Shown: piece after piece, positions 12,638 to 26,325 of the stretch
Position numbering within the stretch: the stretch's first letter is position 1
How the letters are laid out: the number at the start of each line of letters is the position of its first letter
DNA from: Octopus sinensis
Taxonomy: Eukaryota
Length of the DNA: 64,000 nucleotides
NCBI RefSeq assembly: GCF_006345805.1
Contig: NC_042998.1
Coordinates: forward strand, 85,808,001 to 85,872,000
Reading direction: 5' to 3'
Notes under the pieces: model-generated
What the model was told of the DNA's origin: nothing
Database searches by the model: none
The model's input: only the letters and a program-made list of their open reading frames with translations
Program-made: the position numbers and the translations under genes

Positions 12638-14341
12638 CGCGACAGACAGACAGGAAATATGTTATAACGTGTGTCGTTATATATAACGTGTGTCGGCTGC
12701 TAATCATTTCTATTTTCGTCTGCCACGTCCTTTCCGTTTTGCACCATTACGTGACGTCCGCTTTATGTTGTCATTCATATTCGGCTTGATTACGTGCGCG
12801 AGCGCACGGGCATGTTTTGAAGGAAGAATAAAATGTTTCTCGCCTATACCCAGAAAATATGGGTGGCTGTGTGATTAAAACGTTTACTTCCCAACCGTGT
12901 AATCATGGATTCAGCCCCATAGTGCAGCATCTTATCAAATGTCATATAGCCCTGGGCCGACAGAAGCCTTTAGAGTGGATATAGATGACGGGAACTGGAA
13001 GAAAATCATCGTGTATATAATAGTATAAAGACACATTCATGGATGTGTGTATGTGTGTGTCTATACTTTCCTCCTACCACAGCTTGACAACCAGTGTTGG
13101 CTTACTCTTTTACACTTTTACTTGTTTTAGTCATCTGACTGCGGCATCGCCTTTAGTCGTGCAAATCGGCCCCAGGACTTACTCTTTGTAAGCCTAGTAC
13201 TTATTCTATTGGCCTCTTTTGCCGATCCGCTAAGTTACGGTTGTCAAGCGATGTTTGGGAACAAACACAGACACGCAAACATATACACACACATACATAT
13301 AGACGACGGGCTTCTTTCAGTTTCCGTCTACCAAATCCACTCACAAGGCTCTGGTCGGCCCGAGGCTATAGTAGAAGACACTTGCCCAAGGTGCCACGCA
13401 GTGGGACTGAACCCGGAACCATATGGTTGGTAAGCAAGCTACTTACCACACAGCCACTCCTCCGCTTGTTTACATCCTCGTAAGTTAGAAGTTCGGCAAA
13501 CGAGAACGGCAGAATATGTACTGGGGTCAATTCGTTCGACCAAATTCTTCAGGGCAGTGCCCCAGCATGGCCGCAGTCATCTGCCTAACGAGTAAAATAG
13601 AATGACCATGGTCAAAGGGAAGTAACTCCTACAATGAAAATAGTCAAAGCGGCGAACTGGCAGAATTGTTGGGGGCGATAAATTAAGTACCAGTTACGCA
13701 CTGGTCGATGTAATCGACTTAATCCCTTTATGTTTAGCTCCTTGTTGGCAATAAAGAAAAAAGAATCGTTAGCATGCCGGGAAAATGCTTTGTGACATTT
13801 CGTCTACCTTTTTGTTCTAGGTTCTAATTCCACCAAGGTTGACTTTGCCTTTCAGCCCTTCGGAGTTGATAAAATAAGTACTTGAATACTAGAGTCGATG
13901 TAATAAATTTACCCACAACTACCACCACCACACTACCGAAATTGCTGGTCTTGTGCTAAAATTTGAAACCAATATTAAAATCATTTAGTGTATTGGCAGA
14001 ATCTTTAGATAAAATGCTTATCTTTGGGTAAAATGCTTTGCAGTGTTTGTTTCGACTCTACGTTTTGAATTCGAGTTCTGCAGTGGTCGACTTCAACATT
14101 CATTCCTTTCGGCGAAGATAAATAAAATACCAGACGAATACTGAGGTTACTGGTATCAGTTTATCCCTTCCCAAATATCCGGCCTTACGACTGATAGACA
14201 CGAAGTAGTTCGCTAATACACCTCAACTTCTGGCCCACAAACATGTTGTTTTCTTACTCTGTGTTTATTATTGATACTACAATTGCCTTTGGTCCTCGTC
14301 GTATACTAGTCTCATGGCATTTCTGCTCAGGTTCTAACGAT

Positions 14342-14765
14342 TAATAATAATAATAATATTGAAATTATTGTATACAGTGCTCAAGTGCACCACAACTTGT
14401 CAAAATGTGCGTATAAAGTATATGCAGTAATGTACAAATGTCTGGAAAGCGAACAGTGTATGAGTCAGATACATGCTTGCGTGCGTATGGAGGGGAGAAA
14501 ATCAGGTGTAGTGTTAGCGAATCTCAGGAAGCATAGAAGTTTTGAAAGATGCAGTGCTCCGACAACTAACAACTAATGCCGGCAGTCTGTTCCATGCTTC
14601 AGCAACTCTTAGCGTGAAAAAATGTTTCTGAAAGCCATGGGAGCGGTGCTGTTTTCTGACTTTGTAAACATGTCCACGGGTGTTAGACAGGTGGAGTTTG
14701 AAAAGGTGCTCAGAGTAATTGTTTGTAAGATGGTTAATAATTTTATGGGTGTCTGCCAAGTCAGC
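14342..14765 (-). mobile_element. CR1-group LINE 3' end
   Basis: NTRGHVYKVRKQHRSHGFQKHFFTLRVAEAWNRLPALVVSCRSTASFK is the CR1/L2-group ORF2 C-terminal signature; (ATT)n tail at 14342-14358. Confidence 0.85.
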
Positions 14766-16899
14766 TGCCAGACCGAGAGACCACCTAAACATGTTTGGGG
14801 AAGAGTTTGTTTTCGGAGAAAATTTCGTCTTCCCTGTCACCACAGCTACAAGACAAAATCACGTTTAATACCTAAACACATATAGAACATCCAGGCTGTA
14901 GCATAGCTGGGAGAAAGTGAAGAGCGGTCTGCCTCGGGTGGTACTATTGGGGTTCGCTGTATAAATTTATAAATCCTCGCGGTGGGGAGACCCAAGGGTT
15001 GCCTGGCCCGCACACACTCCAGTTTCACCATTGCATCTCAGACAACAACTACAACGGCGCCCTAAGGGAACACCACTTCTCTTACATAACCCAGAGAAAC
15101 AGAAAAAAAAACCTCAAACACATACAAGAATGTCTGTAATATCAAAAACACATATAATCTGCTGAAATGCAGAGCGTCAGTAATAACTGCAGAGGCGCAT
15201 CAACTGTCGTGCCCCGATCTTGTCCGCCTTTACTGTGATCACTCTCGAATTCTATGGGTGTACAGACAAGGGTAGTCAGTGTAACATGTCTGAGTTGTCA
15301 TACTGCTCTCCATATGATTCATCACTGCAGGTAGGCGTGTAGTTTAGTCTTTAGCGAGACGAAGGCATGTTTAACTATGAAATCAGATCCGTGGTTCACA
15401 CCATGTCTTTCGGTGAACAACCTATATGCCACGAATAACAACGGACTTTGGTGAAGCTTAAAAGGGAAACACTACGAAGTCGTTCAATCTGCAATCAATA
15501 GCAACCATATTCTCCGCTAATCACTATTGTTTTTAAAAAGAACACATTAGATACGGTAGTTCTAACTGAAATCTGAATAAAAGAATAGTTACAATGGGAA
15601 AGTCTTTGAGCATAGGTCTATTCAATCTTCGTAAACTGGGACTAAACTCTAACAACGAGGGAACGACGGAGCTTCTACGCTGTCCCTCGATTACTGATTG
15701 CAGCTTAGTCAGAGGTAGAAGGGCAATGATCATGATCTTGTAGAAAGTCGGTGACTTTTCGTATTACGTCCATACAGTTGAAGACAACATAAAAGGAAAA
15801 CAACTGACAAACCATTGCACGGTACACTAGTCTTTATTTCATAGATTCCCAACTATGCAATATTACACAATAGAAGGGGCATGGAATTTCATCAAAAGCA
15901 AAGATCGTGTCATGCATAGAGACTTCAGATACTTGCTTTCTAGAAATATGGTAAGGGCGATCTTCCTACGAAACTGTGATTTATGGCGTAATGGCTAGAC
16001 AATTGTTTCCTTTCATTTTGTTGTTTGTTATTTGTACATGAAACAAAAGATTGTTCATAGGGCTTCCGAGACTAGAACGAGGAAGGAAGAAAGTACAACT
16101 CATGGTGTTGCTGCTGTAGAAAGCTGCACATTAAGTTCTGCCCAAGCGATGTGGTCAGAATATTGAACTTAGTAAATGGCTTTCACGGTTTAATAATGGA
16201 AATTGCAGCTAAAATCCCTCTTAAACTGTTGACTCCCAGCTATATATAAAGGACATACAGGATATAATATGCCATTAATCGATAAAATCTGCCGAACCAT
16301 GGTAAACGAGGAGCTAAACAGTAATTCCTGTATGGGTCATGCTGCCCACTCTTCTGTAAATAAACGTAAAAAACAACAATAACGAAACAAACAATTGCCA
16401 GTTATCTCCCCTGTAATAGTTGCCATGATTTGAGAAATTATTTCTCAAGTGTTGTTTCATCGATCATTTGGCCTCAGAACCAACAGACATATTACTATAC
16501 AGGTTTCCCGATATTTCGTAAATATACAATTTACTCATATTACTATTTAAGAAACCAGAAATTATTATGAAGTTGTCAAATATGTACATAAACAACCACT
16601 ACCCGTACACACAGAGTCTAACATAGGAACGACAAAAATTCTAACGATGTCTTATTCTATATAAAATATCCTATAAAACGTCAGCTAAGTTAGTTTAATT
16701 AGCCTCAGTGATCACAGGCTCCTTCATTAGCTAATCAAGTATTACTTAACACTATGCACGTGTGAAATCACCGAATGCCTACATAAATTCCAAGTTGTTC
16801 TGTTTTATATCTAAAATTTACCATAAATGGTGATTAACGCAGTTTAATTTTACAAGTCACTTATATAAAATGATGGTTTATTTCTAAACTGGGTGAATA

Positions 16900-17850
16900 T
16901 GGTATGTCTTTTTTTTTATATGGTCCTGTTTGTTTCGTACCGGCGGCCGTTTACGTTACATATTCGACAACTTTTTCATAGCTATTATTCTCTTAGTCTA
17001 TAAATACTACTTCCACCTGCAAGCCTTATTTGTAAAATTGTTTTATTTATACTCTGTGATCAAATCCGACACTTCTCACTTTTTTTCTGTTTTTAAATAA
17101 TCTTTTTTTATTCTAAGTCTATAATATTCCTGTAATATTATTTTAATACAAAAATGTTTATAAATTATTTTTTTTTGTATAAGTTAACTTCTTGAAATTC
17201 GATTGACAGAAAGAAGCATGGTACTTTCGTTTAAAGAACATAAATCAGTAATTATTTGTTTCTTTTCTGTGTTTGATATTTTTTCATTTTTAATATATCG
17301 CTTGACTAAAATAAACAAACAATCTGTCTTTTTGGAGACCGGTGTCTAAGACGAATCTCCTCCACGGAAAACACGACCGGGGTATAGTGGAAAATACAAA
17401 TATGATTTTTATCGGAGTTTCGGATCTAGGAATTCATACTTCTGTATATGGATATGTTTGTATCAAAGTAGATGTAAGAGTGAAGATGATGTGTGGTAGT
17501 GGTTGTGTTTGTCAGTTGTTTGGTAAACAGGGTTACGTACCATATTGTCGACTGTATTCAACTTCTAACTAAGAATCTATTTATACGCATTTCTAACAGG
17601 AACATGCACTGAACAACTTTGTGTGCCGCCAAATAAGCGGTGTGTGTGTGCGCTTCATGGATATATCAAGGATTGAACAGACAGAACACAAGGAGAAAAA
17701 GTTAGACGAAAACTGAGCAAACGGGAAGCTTAACGGACGGGGAATATAGACAAAGACACGATACACGACATATTCGCAGCAGAGTTTTCCTCGTCAGTCA
17801 ATGAACCAAAATATCGTGGTTTCGCGCAAAGTAATTTGAGAGTTGCTGTC
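16900..17850. promoter_or_regulatory. Putative promoter / non-coding first-exon region upstream of RHBDD1
   Basis: Unique CpG-rich sequence (cggcggccg, accggtg, cgaccgggg, ttcgcgc) about 3 kb upstream of the exon holding the ATG. That exon opens with a splice acceptor, so an upstream exon must exist. TATAAA at 16999-17004. TSS not determinable. Confidence 0.4.
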
Positions 17851-18760
17851 CATGGAAACTCTCATATGCTGATCATTTTGTTCTCATAGCCGAATCTCTG
17901 GCAGAATTAAAGAATAAATTCCAGACATGGAAGCTAACTCTAGTATTAAGGGGTCTAAAGGTAAATTTAACAAAGTCTAAAGTTTTTATTAAGTTAGAAA
18001 GAAAACAGGACCCTGATATCTTCAGGGAATTATCTTGATTGATATGCAAAGAAGGAGTAACTATAAAATCTATATGCTGTATCCAACTCAGTGTAAGCAA
18101 TGGATGCATGAGGTGTAGTAGAATTATTGGCAGATTAACTAAGAAAGTATGCTTCATATACAACAGATGCACTGGAGCAGCACATACCTAGAGCACACTA
18201 GAAATAAAATTCCCTTACATGCCCAGATGGCTGATTAGAAGCAGTCAATAGTGTTTGCTCTCTAGAGGATGTATTTAGCAAGGCAGGTGGTTGCTCTGAA
18301 AGTATCGTAGCCTTGGTAAGAGTAGGCTGGAAAAAGTTTTTTCTCTTAGAGTGAGGGGTAAAATATGTGTGTTTGAACTTCAATACTGTTTAGTAGTGAC
18401 ACATGGGCCTTGAATGCAGGGGACTTGAGAAGACTGGAAAGAAATAAAGGAGTGTGCTCCATTGTGTAAATGGGCCTGAATTTTATAGCACAAATGTACT
18501 GAGAAAAAAACTAGACATAAGAGAAATTAGATGTGCAAAAAAGAAGACTGTGATGGTATGGATATGTGATGTATATGGATGAAGACAGCTGTATAAAGAA
18601 GTGTTGATCACTTAAGGTGTATGAGGAAGACCCAGAAAAACTTGGGATGAAGAGGTGAAGGTGATCTCAAGATCTTGGACCTCACAGAAGAGTTAACATG
18701 GGACTGGGATGACTGGCAATATTTAGTCCTCAAGAAGTACCCAACTTAATGAAACTGTTT
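17845..18760 (+). mobile_element. RTE LINE RT/C-terminal fragment
   Basis: PWKLSYADHFVLIAESLAELKNKFQTWK...GLKVNLTKSK, Cys-rich segment, GGCSESIVALVRVGWKKF. Confidence 0.8.
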
Positions 18761-18769
18761 TGGAAGTGT

Positions 18770-18802
<33 letters not shown>

Positions 18803-20928
18803 GGGAACAACTGGGCCCTTTGCCTAACTTCGTCTTCAAGACACCACTCTCACCCTTCAATACTCTAACTGCAGCTTTTCCATGATACCACTAATCTTTC
18901 TCTCTGATGGGGGTGGGGCGCACATTTCACTTCTTCACTTGATATACATCCCTCATCTTTAATACTGTCCTCTCCACCCGAACCACCATACCATCTCACC
19001 TCCACTATCTAATGTCTTTTACTCTTTCCATGCATTATGTCTATTTCTCCTCCCTTGTGCTGTTGCAACCTACCCAACCACTTGTCATCTCTGTCTGTCT
19101 GTCTCATCTTTCCCTTGTCTGCTGTACCATCTTTACTATTCTGCTACTCTTCACCCTCATGTTGGTCTCTCCCACCCCTTAACCACCATTCCCTACATCC
19201 ATCCCTCAACGTTATCTAATCCCTACAATAGTCACCTAGTCTACTCTATCTCCCCTACTTATCATCCACTCAACACTTGTTCTTCATTCATGATATAGCC
19301 CCCTCAATCTCTCCCTCTCTCCTATACTTTAGTAACCTCTGCCCATCTACATTTCCAGTTCTTCTATCTCCATTCACTTCTTTTTCTTTTGTACCGTGAG
19401 GGTCCACCCATACACTGCAGCACCGCTGTTCTTATCTTACCCCTGCAACCCCCTCTAAAATATAAGTACCCTGAAACTCCTCTACTGGAAGAAACCTCTT
19501 CTGCTCTGGCCCTTTCTTTAATCCTTCATTTCATTGCATAAAGTCACCTCTCTCAGGGCTCATAGTCTCGCAGGCATTATGATAGCCTCACTAGTGCTGG
19601 TGACATGAATAAAGGACACACTGTAAAGCGGCTGCTGTTAGACAGATGAGCACAATACAGTCCTTGGGCCAATGCAGTCCTTCGGCCTTGTGAAACCACC
19701 CAGTCCATGTCAGCATGACCATTAAATGGTTGTTATCACTATTAAGGTGGTCAACAGGCAGAATTATTATCATCCTCATCATCATTTAAAGTCCATTATC
19801 CATGCTGGCATGGGTTTGATGGTTTGAACAGAGCTGATAAGCTGTAAGGCTGCACCAGACACCAGTCTGATTTGGCATGGTTTCTTTGGCTGGATGCCCT
19901 TCCTAATACCAACCACTCTGAGAGTGTAATGGGTGCTTTTATGTGCAAAATGCATAGTGGTATTTCTTCTGGTTTCATTCTTTTGGCGTTGATAAAAATA
20001 AAGTAGCAGTCAAGTACTGGGGTTGATGTAACTGACGAACCTCATACTCCTAAAATTACTGGTCTTGTCTCAAAATTGGAAACATTATTATTGAGTGAGA
20101 AAGCAATGAATGTCATCAAAGTGATACTGGAGTACAAATATACGAAGCCCAATATACCCATCATGACTACCTGTTTGATAAGGGGTATACCAGGCACATG
20201 CATCACAACCATATATGCATGACCTGGTGACCTCATATCAAGATAAACAGTGCATGACCTTGCAGGTGGGGCCCAGTTGGAGTTTTCCTCATGTTGAGTA
20301 GTCCATCCTGCTCAAAAGGTCCCTGAATAAGACTTGTTTAAGGATGTTGAATAAAACACCCATGTTTCCAAACGTGAATTATTCAAACCCCCAAAGAATT
20401 CCTCTTGACACATGGCTATGATGCTCCCCTACTACTTCTACTCATGATCAGAGATGCACATATCGTCAGCCACCAAGGGACATGCTCAACTGGTTATGGT
20501 CAAGCAAATGACAAGCAAAACTGTTGCATTGAGCAGAATATTTGCCATAGCCCTATTATTGTTGTTGCTGTTGTTAAGATGGTGAGCTGGTAGAATTGTT
20601 AGCTTGTTGGATGAAATGCTTAGTAGTATTTTACCCATTGCTACATTCTGAGTTTGAGGTCGGCTTTGTTTTCATCCTTTCGGGCTCAATAAAATAAGTA
20701 CCAGTTGAACACTGAGGTCGATGTAATCATTTCATCCCTTCTCCTAAATTTGCTACCCTTGTAGCAAAATTTGAAACCATTATTATTATTATTACCATCA
20801 TCAGTATTATTATTATTATCATCAGTATTATTATTATTATCATTATCATCAGTATTATTATTATTATTCTAATTGATTATTTTCTTTTTTATTTTTAGTT
20901 TGTGTTTGGATGATCTGACCTTTCAACG

Positions 20929-21385
20929 ATGGATAGAAGAGGCAGAGGTTCCTTCTTCATTTTACTACAGTTACTTAATCATCTAATGTATCTTGGTGGC
21001 TTTTCTGTAATCCCACCAGTTACATTATTTGTCACCTTAGTGAATGTAGCTGTTCACTTTGAGAACTTCTTTATGCCCGTATCGATTTTCCCATCAGTAG
21101 AAACTGCTTGCATCAGTGTGTTTCATGTATGGACTCATTTGCAATGGAAACGACTAATCTATGGAGCATTTTTCCATCTCGATGATCTACATCTTTATTA
21201 TAACATGGTTTCTTTCCTTTCGAAAGGTATCCGCCTAGAAAAAAGGCTATCATCACAACACTTTGGATTTTTATTGGTATTTTGTACTGTAGCTTCAGGT
21301 GTCGTTCTTATTGCACTAAATATTTTAATGATGATATTAACTAATGATACTTCCTATGAACTGACTTGTGCTGTTGGTTTCTCAG
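20929..21385 (+). CDS. RHBDD1: Rhomboid-related protease (RHBDD1/RHBDL4 type), first coding exon
   Basis: MDRRGRG...IPPVTL...QWKRLIYGAFFHLDDLHLYYNMVSFLSKGIRLEKRL...CAVGFS matches recalled RHBDD1 motifs (IPPVTL, WxR loop, HxDDxHLYxNM, CAVGFSG). Acceptor tttttag ends at 20898, ATG in acgATGg context, donor G|GTGAGT at 21386 (phase 1). Confidence 0.93.
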
Positions 21386-24300
21386 GTGAGTTACTATTGA
21401 ATGCATTTAAGCACACAATCATATATAGATATGCACTGAATAAAATACACTCATACACATATATCTTAGTCCAGAAGAGATGCTAATAGTAAGAGATATT
21501 CTTATTGTTCTGCATATTGGATTCTAAGTGGAGGTGTGAGATATTCTGAAATTGCAAGGCAGTATGCTTGTAAGTATTGAAATTACTATTGAGAGAAATG
21601 TGTCTGCAATGATACAGTGGTCTAACCTTCTATGATTGGGAAACATAGAAATACTGTTATGAAAAAGTTTTGAATAAGAATTATGAGTGGAATAGCGAGT
21701 GCTGCCTTAAGTTGAATTAATGAGATGTTAGAAGGTTAATAAGATTATGAAGATGACAAAAGCAGTGGAAGGTATTGATCAATAAGGGTTGTTTTCTGAG
21801 ATGCTGAAAGTATCAGACTAAACAGGCTGAATGCCAGTAGCTCACTTAATATGCGGTGCTATCTCAAATAATTGTTATATACTATAAGGGCAAGATGATA
21901 CACTAGATAGGAGCAGTTATGGAATTCTTAAACTTCTAAGCCAAACCTTTAAATCAGAAATTTTTTAGTAAAGTTAGGTTTGGGGAACAACAGGTGCCAT
22001 ATTTCTGGTAAAGCAACTGTAAGAAATGTTCTTAGTTAAGAACAATTAGCTCCAATTTGAATTTGTTGATTTGTGGAAGACCTTTATCAGTATCCCACAC
22101 TTTGTAGTCTACTGGCAGCAAGTTCATAGACAAATTTAGTGATCACCTAGCTGTTCACTAGACATTGGTGTTTTACTCACTTATATTCACTATAGTTCTG
22201 CAGGATAAAGAAAATCAAGATTTGGTAATCGTTAAAACTTTGATATGCTAAGGACTTTTTTCAGATTGCAAAATATTTTAAAGAGTTGCAGAGAAAGTTC
22301 TGAAGCATTTAAGCATAGCTTAGAGTTCAAACACCTCATAACAGAATATAAGGTTTTAGAATAATCTGTCTTTGTTCTACATGTAGGAAGTAAATAGGTA
22401 GAAACTTATAAATTTTTGTCTGTTTTATCTCTAAATTTGTAAATAGCACCTTGTTACAAGTTTGTAGCGAGCTGGTTAATATATGCTCATGTAAGATATA
22501 TGTACACACATTCATATGCATTTGCTTCTCTACATGGTATCTTGGGCAGGTGTTTTCTAGTATAGCCCCAGGTTGACCAAAGTCATGTGAACAGATTTGG
22601 TCAATGGAAACAGAAATATGTATCATCATCATTTAACATCTGTGTTCCAAACTAGCAAAGGTTGGACAGTTTGACAAGATTCGATGAGACTGCATCCTGT
22701 TCTGGTGTTTGTTTCAGCATGGTTTCTACAGCTGAAGGCTCTTCCTAATGTCTGCTACATTACAGTGTATACTGGCTGCTTGTTTCATGTCATCAACACC
22801 AGTGAAATTATAACATGGTTTCTTTCCTTGCAAGACTACAAACCAAAAAGTGGGGGAGGGGCACCAGATTTATGTTAGGAGTTAAATTATGTAAATACAC
22901 ACACACATTGTGTGTGTATATGCATGCACATGTGTGTATTTATGTATTTCTTTACATCTGCACTCATGTGAAGGTCACAATGATTGAGCGATCTTGTTGG
23001 AAGTACTCTTGTCAATAAATTGTCTACACATTTTGTACTTTCAAAGTTGTGTGGAATAAGAGATCCCTTGCTTGGAAAGCAGATAAGTGTTACATCAGGA
23101 AGAGCATCGAGTTGTAAAATGGCACCTCATTCATCCATCATGTAAAAAAAAAAACGAATATATATATATATATGTATATCATCTACCTGCCTACCTACTG
23201 ACTGACCAACCGATGTCTAAAAATCTAAGAGTCAGAAAAATGACACTCTATTAATCTAAATAGCATGTCTCCCCCACATCTCTACTACTACCTTTGCTCT
23301 CAGCTTGACCCTCACCCTTACTGTGGTGGTTCTTTTTGCTCCCAATGCAAGAAACAAATGGTCTAAGAGATATTTTTTTTCTCTGTATGATTTTGTTTTG
23401 TGTTTTTTTCACAACAGCCTTAAGATCTGAAAACCAGATGTAGCACTCTCAGACCTCCATCGGTTAAGAACCCATATCATACTATTCCTTTTGACCTTTT
23501 CTGATGATTGCTGAGTTTTTTCTCAGCCCCTGGTATGAAACCAATTGGTAAATTGGCCATTACAAGAATTTAATATTGAATTTTATTATTAATGTATGTA
23601 CACACACATACACACACACACACACATAGTTCTGAAGTGAAGTTGGGGTCTTAATAAAATGAAGACAGTGAACAAGTTAAACTGTTCACCAGATGTTTTT
23701 AGTGCAGAAAATGGGAAAAATTCCAGAACTTTCATCTGTTGGCAAATCTGAATAAATATAATGCTACAAGTTAGCAAGATATAGGCATTAGATGTGGGAG
23801 GGAAAGGCTGGAGGAAAATGAGATGAATGTTGATAATATGGATGTCATGTTAACCTTTATTGAAGGCTGACCACAAGTGAGCAGAGTGTGTGTGTGTGTG
23901 TGGTGAGTATTCAAGACAGAGTGAAATGTGCAGGAGTGATGGTTATGCAAGTATGGTCATGTCACCCTCCTGAGGAAGAACTTATGTCTCTTCATGGTAC
24001 CTGTTTAGAGAAAGATGGATCTTAGAGGTAAGCATTTTTGCCAAGGACTCAACATAACACCAATAAGAAAATAAAAAAAGGCAAGTATCTCTGCTTTTGG
24101 CTAGTTGGCTAAAATATTTCTAACTTATTTCTGTTCCAAATTTTTCCATGTGTGATGAAACTGGTTGTGTGCAATAAATTGGAGTTACCTAGTTTGCACT
24201 GCTTTAGTATGGTGAAATATTGGAAGTCATATATTACCATTTGTTTTCTCTTGAAATTCCTCCTGGTTTATTGTTATGTTATATCTGCCAGCCTCGCCTG

Positions 24301-24724
24301 GCACCTGTGCAGGTGGCACGTAAAAATCACCCACTACACTCACGGAGTGGTTGGCGTTAGGAAGGGCATCCAGCTGTAGAAACATTGCCAGATTAGACTG
24401 GAGCCTGGTGGAGCCATCTGGCTTCCCAGAACCCCGGTCGAACTGTCCAACCCATGCTAGCATGGAGAACGGACGTTAAACGATGATGATGATGATGATG
24501 ATGATGATGATATCTGTGATGAAAATCAGATAATATATTATCATGATTTAAACTCTGCCATCAGATTATTTACCTTTTATTTATTACTTATTTGTTTATC
24601 TATTAGGTGGACTTAGCCTTTCATCATTTGAGGTTGATGAAACGTACCAATCAAGTACTGGGGTCAATCCAATCAACTAACCCCTCTTACAAAATTTCAT
24701 GCCTTGTGCCTAGAAAAAGAAAGG

Positions 24725-24759
<35 letters not shown>

Positions 24760-25257
24760 GGCAGCAAGCTGGCAGAATTGTTAGCACACCAGGGTTGATA
24801 AAAATAAGTACCAGCTGAGACTGGAGTTGTTGTAATCAACTTAGCCCCTCCCCTGAAATTGCTGGCCTTGTGCCAAAATTTGAAACCATTTATATTATTA
24901 TTATTTCAGGTAGCAAACTAGCAGAATCGTTAGCATGCCTAACAAAATGCATCGCAGCATTTTGTGTGTTTTTATGCTCCGAGTTCATATTCACCAATGT
25001 TGACTTCCCATTTCATCTTTTCAGGGTCGATACAATAAGTACCAGTTGACCACTGGATGGGGTCAGTTTAATTGACTTGTCCCTATAACAAAGAGTTATT
25101 ACCATGTGTTATTTCTTTCCATTCTAACTTAAAATACTGCTAAGATCAACATGTTCTTTCATTCTTTTGGAGCACTGGTGTCTATATAACTGACTCACCT
25201 CTCCCCATGAGATAACTGGCTCTCTGCTAAAATATAAAATCTTTAATTATTATTATT

Positions 25258-25805
25258 ATTATTGAGTGAGAGAGCGGGGCATGCCATCAAAGTGATACTG
25301 GGGTAAAATATATGAAGCCTAGTATACCCATCATGACTACCTGTCTGATATGGGTACACCAGGCACATGCATCACAACCATATGTGCACGATATGGTGAT
25401 CTATCAAGATAAACAGCACATGACTGCAGGTGGGACCCAGTTAGAATTTTAATCAGGCTGAGTAGCCATCCCGCTCAAAAGGTCCCTGAATAAGGGTTAA
25501 GTATGTTGAATGAAACACCCATGTTTCCATGGGTGAATTATTCAAATCCCAAAGAATTCCTCTCAACACATGACTACGATGCTCCCACACTACTTCTATT
25601 TGTGATCAGAGATGCACATATCAATCATTAAGGGACATGTTTGACTGCTTGTGGTCAAACAATTGACAAGCAAATCTGTGGTATTGAACAAAATATTTAC
25701 TGTAGCCTATTTTTTATACCCAAAACAAAACAATGTACATGATATCACTTCCGATCAGTTAAGATCAGAACCATGAGTCACTGTCTGGTACTGCATCAGG
25801 GCATT
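25258..25805. repeat. Unclassified ~550-bp interspersed repeat with (ATT)n flank
   Basis: Second colinear copy at about 20092-20550; both begin with ATTATTGAGTGAGA. Confidence 0.75.
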
Positions 25806-26178
25806 ATTATTTGTTGTTGTGGTGGTGGTGGTGATGATTTTGTTTATTTGTTTTAAAGTGAATTAGAATTGTTAGAGCACCCGAAAAAATTGCTTTGTGG
25901 CATTTCTTTATCTTCTAAGTTCATATCCTGCCATGGTTATCTTCCATGCTTTTGGATTTGATAAAATTAAGCAGCAGTCAAGTTTTGAGATTCATGGTAT
26001 TCACTAACACCCACTCCCCTCTGAATTACTGGCCTTGTACCTTAGAGACAATTAGCATGTCTTATGATGATTGTTATTATGACAGTTAAGTTGATTAGAA
26101 AAACTTCTTTCATATCTAACAGATTAAAAAGATAAATTATTTACAGTAAATGTATGTTCTTTTTTTTTATCTTTACAG

Positions 26179-26325
26179 CTGTGATATTTGCCATTAAAGT
26201 CGTCCTTAATTACATGAATCCACAAGAACAGCATGCTTATGGAGGCTTTTTAATTCCATATAAGTATATACATTGGTTAGAAGTTGTTATGATTCAGCTC
26301 ATAGTTCCACAAGCCTCATTCTTAG
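26179..26325 (+). CDS. RHBDD1: RHBDD1 coding exon 2
   Basis: Polypyrimidine tract plus ctttacag acceptor; reads (A)VIFAIKVVLNYMNPQEQHAYGGFLIPYKYIHWLEVVMIQLIVPQASFL(G), matching VLFALKV...W.ELV.I.L..P..SF.G; donor G|GTAACT; phase 1/1. Confidence 0.92.

Noticed and set aside
2108-13483. Recurrent ORFs such as RRHLPKVPRSGTEP... and MLAWVGQFD...LDALPNANH
   Set aside because: Antisense readings of SINE family A and the RTE tail; they recur because the repeats do.
21386-21486. ORF-track extension ELLLNAFKH... of the first RHBDD1 exon
   Set aside because: Intron read-through past the GTGAGT donor; homology continues in the 26179 exon.
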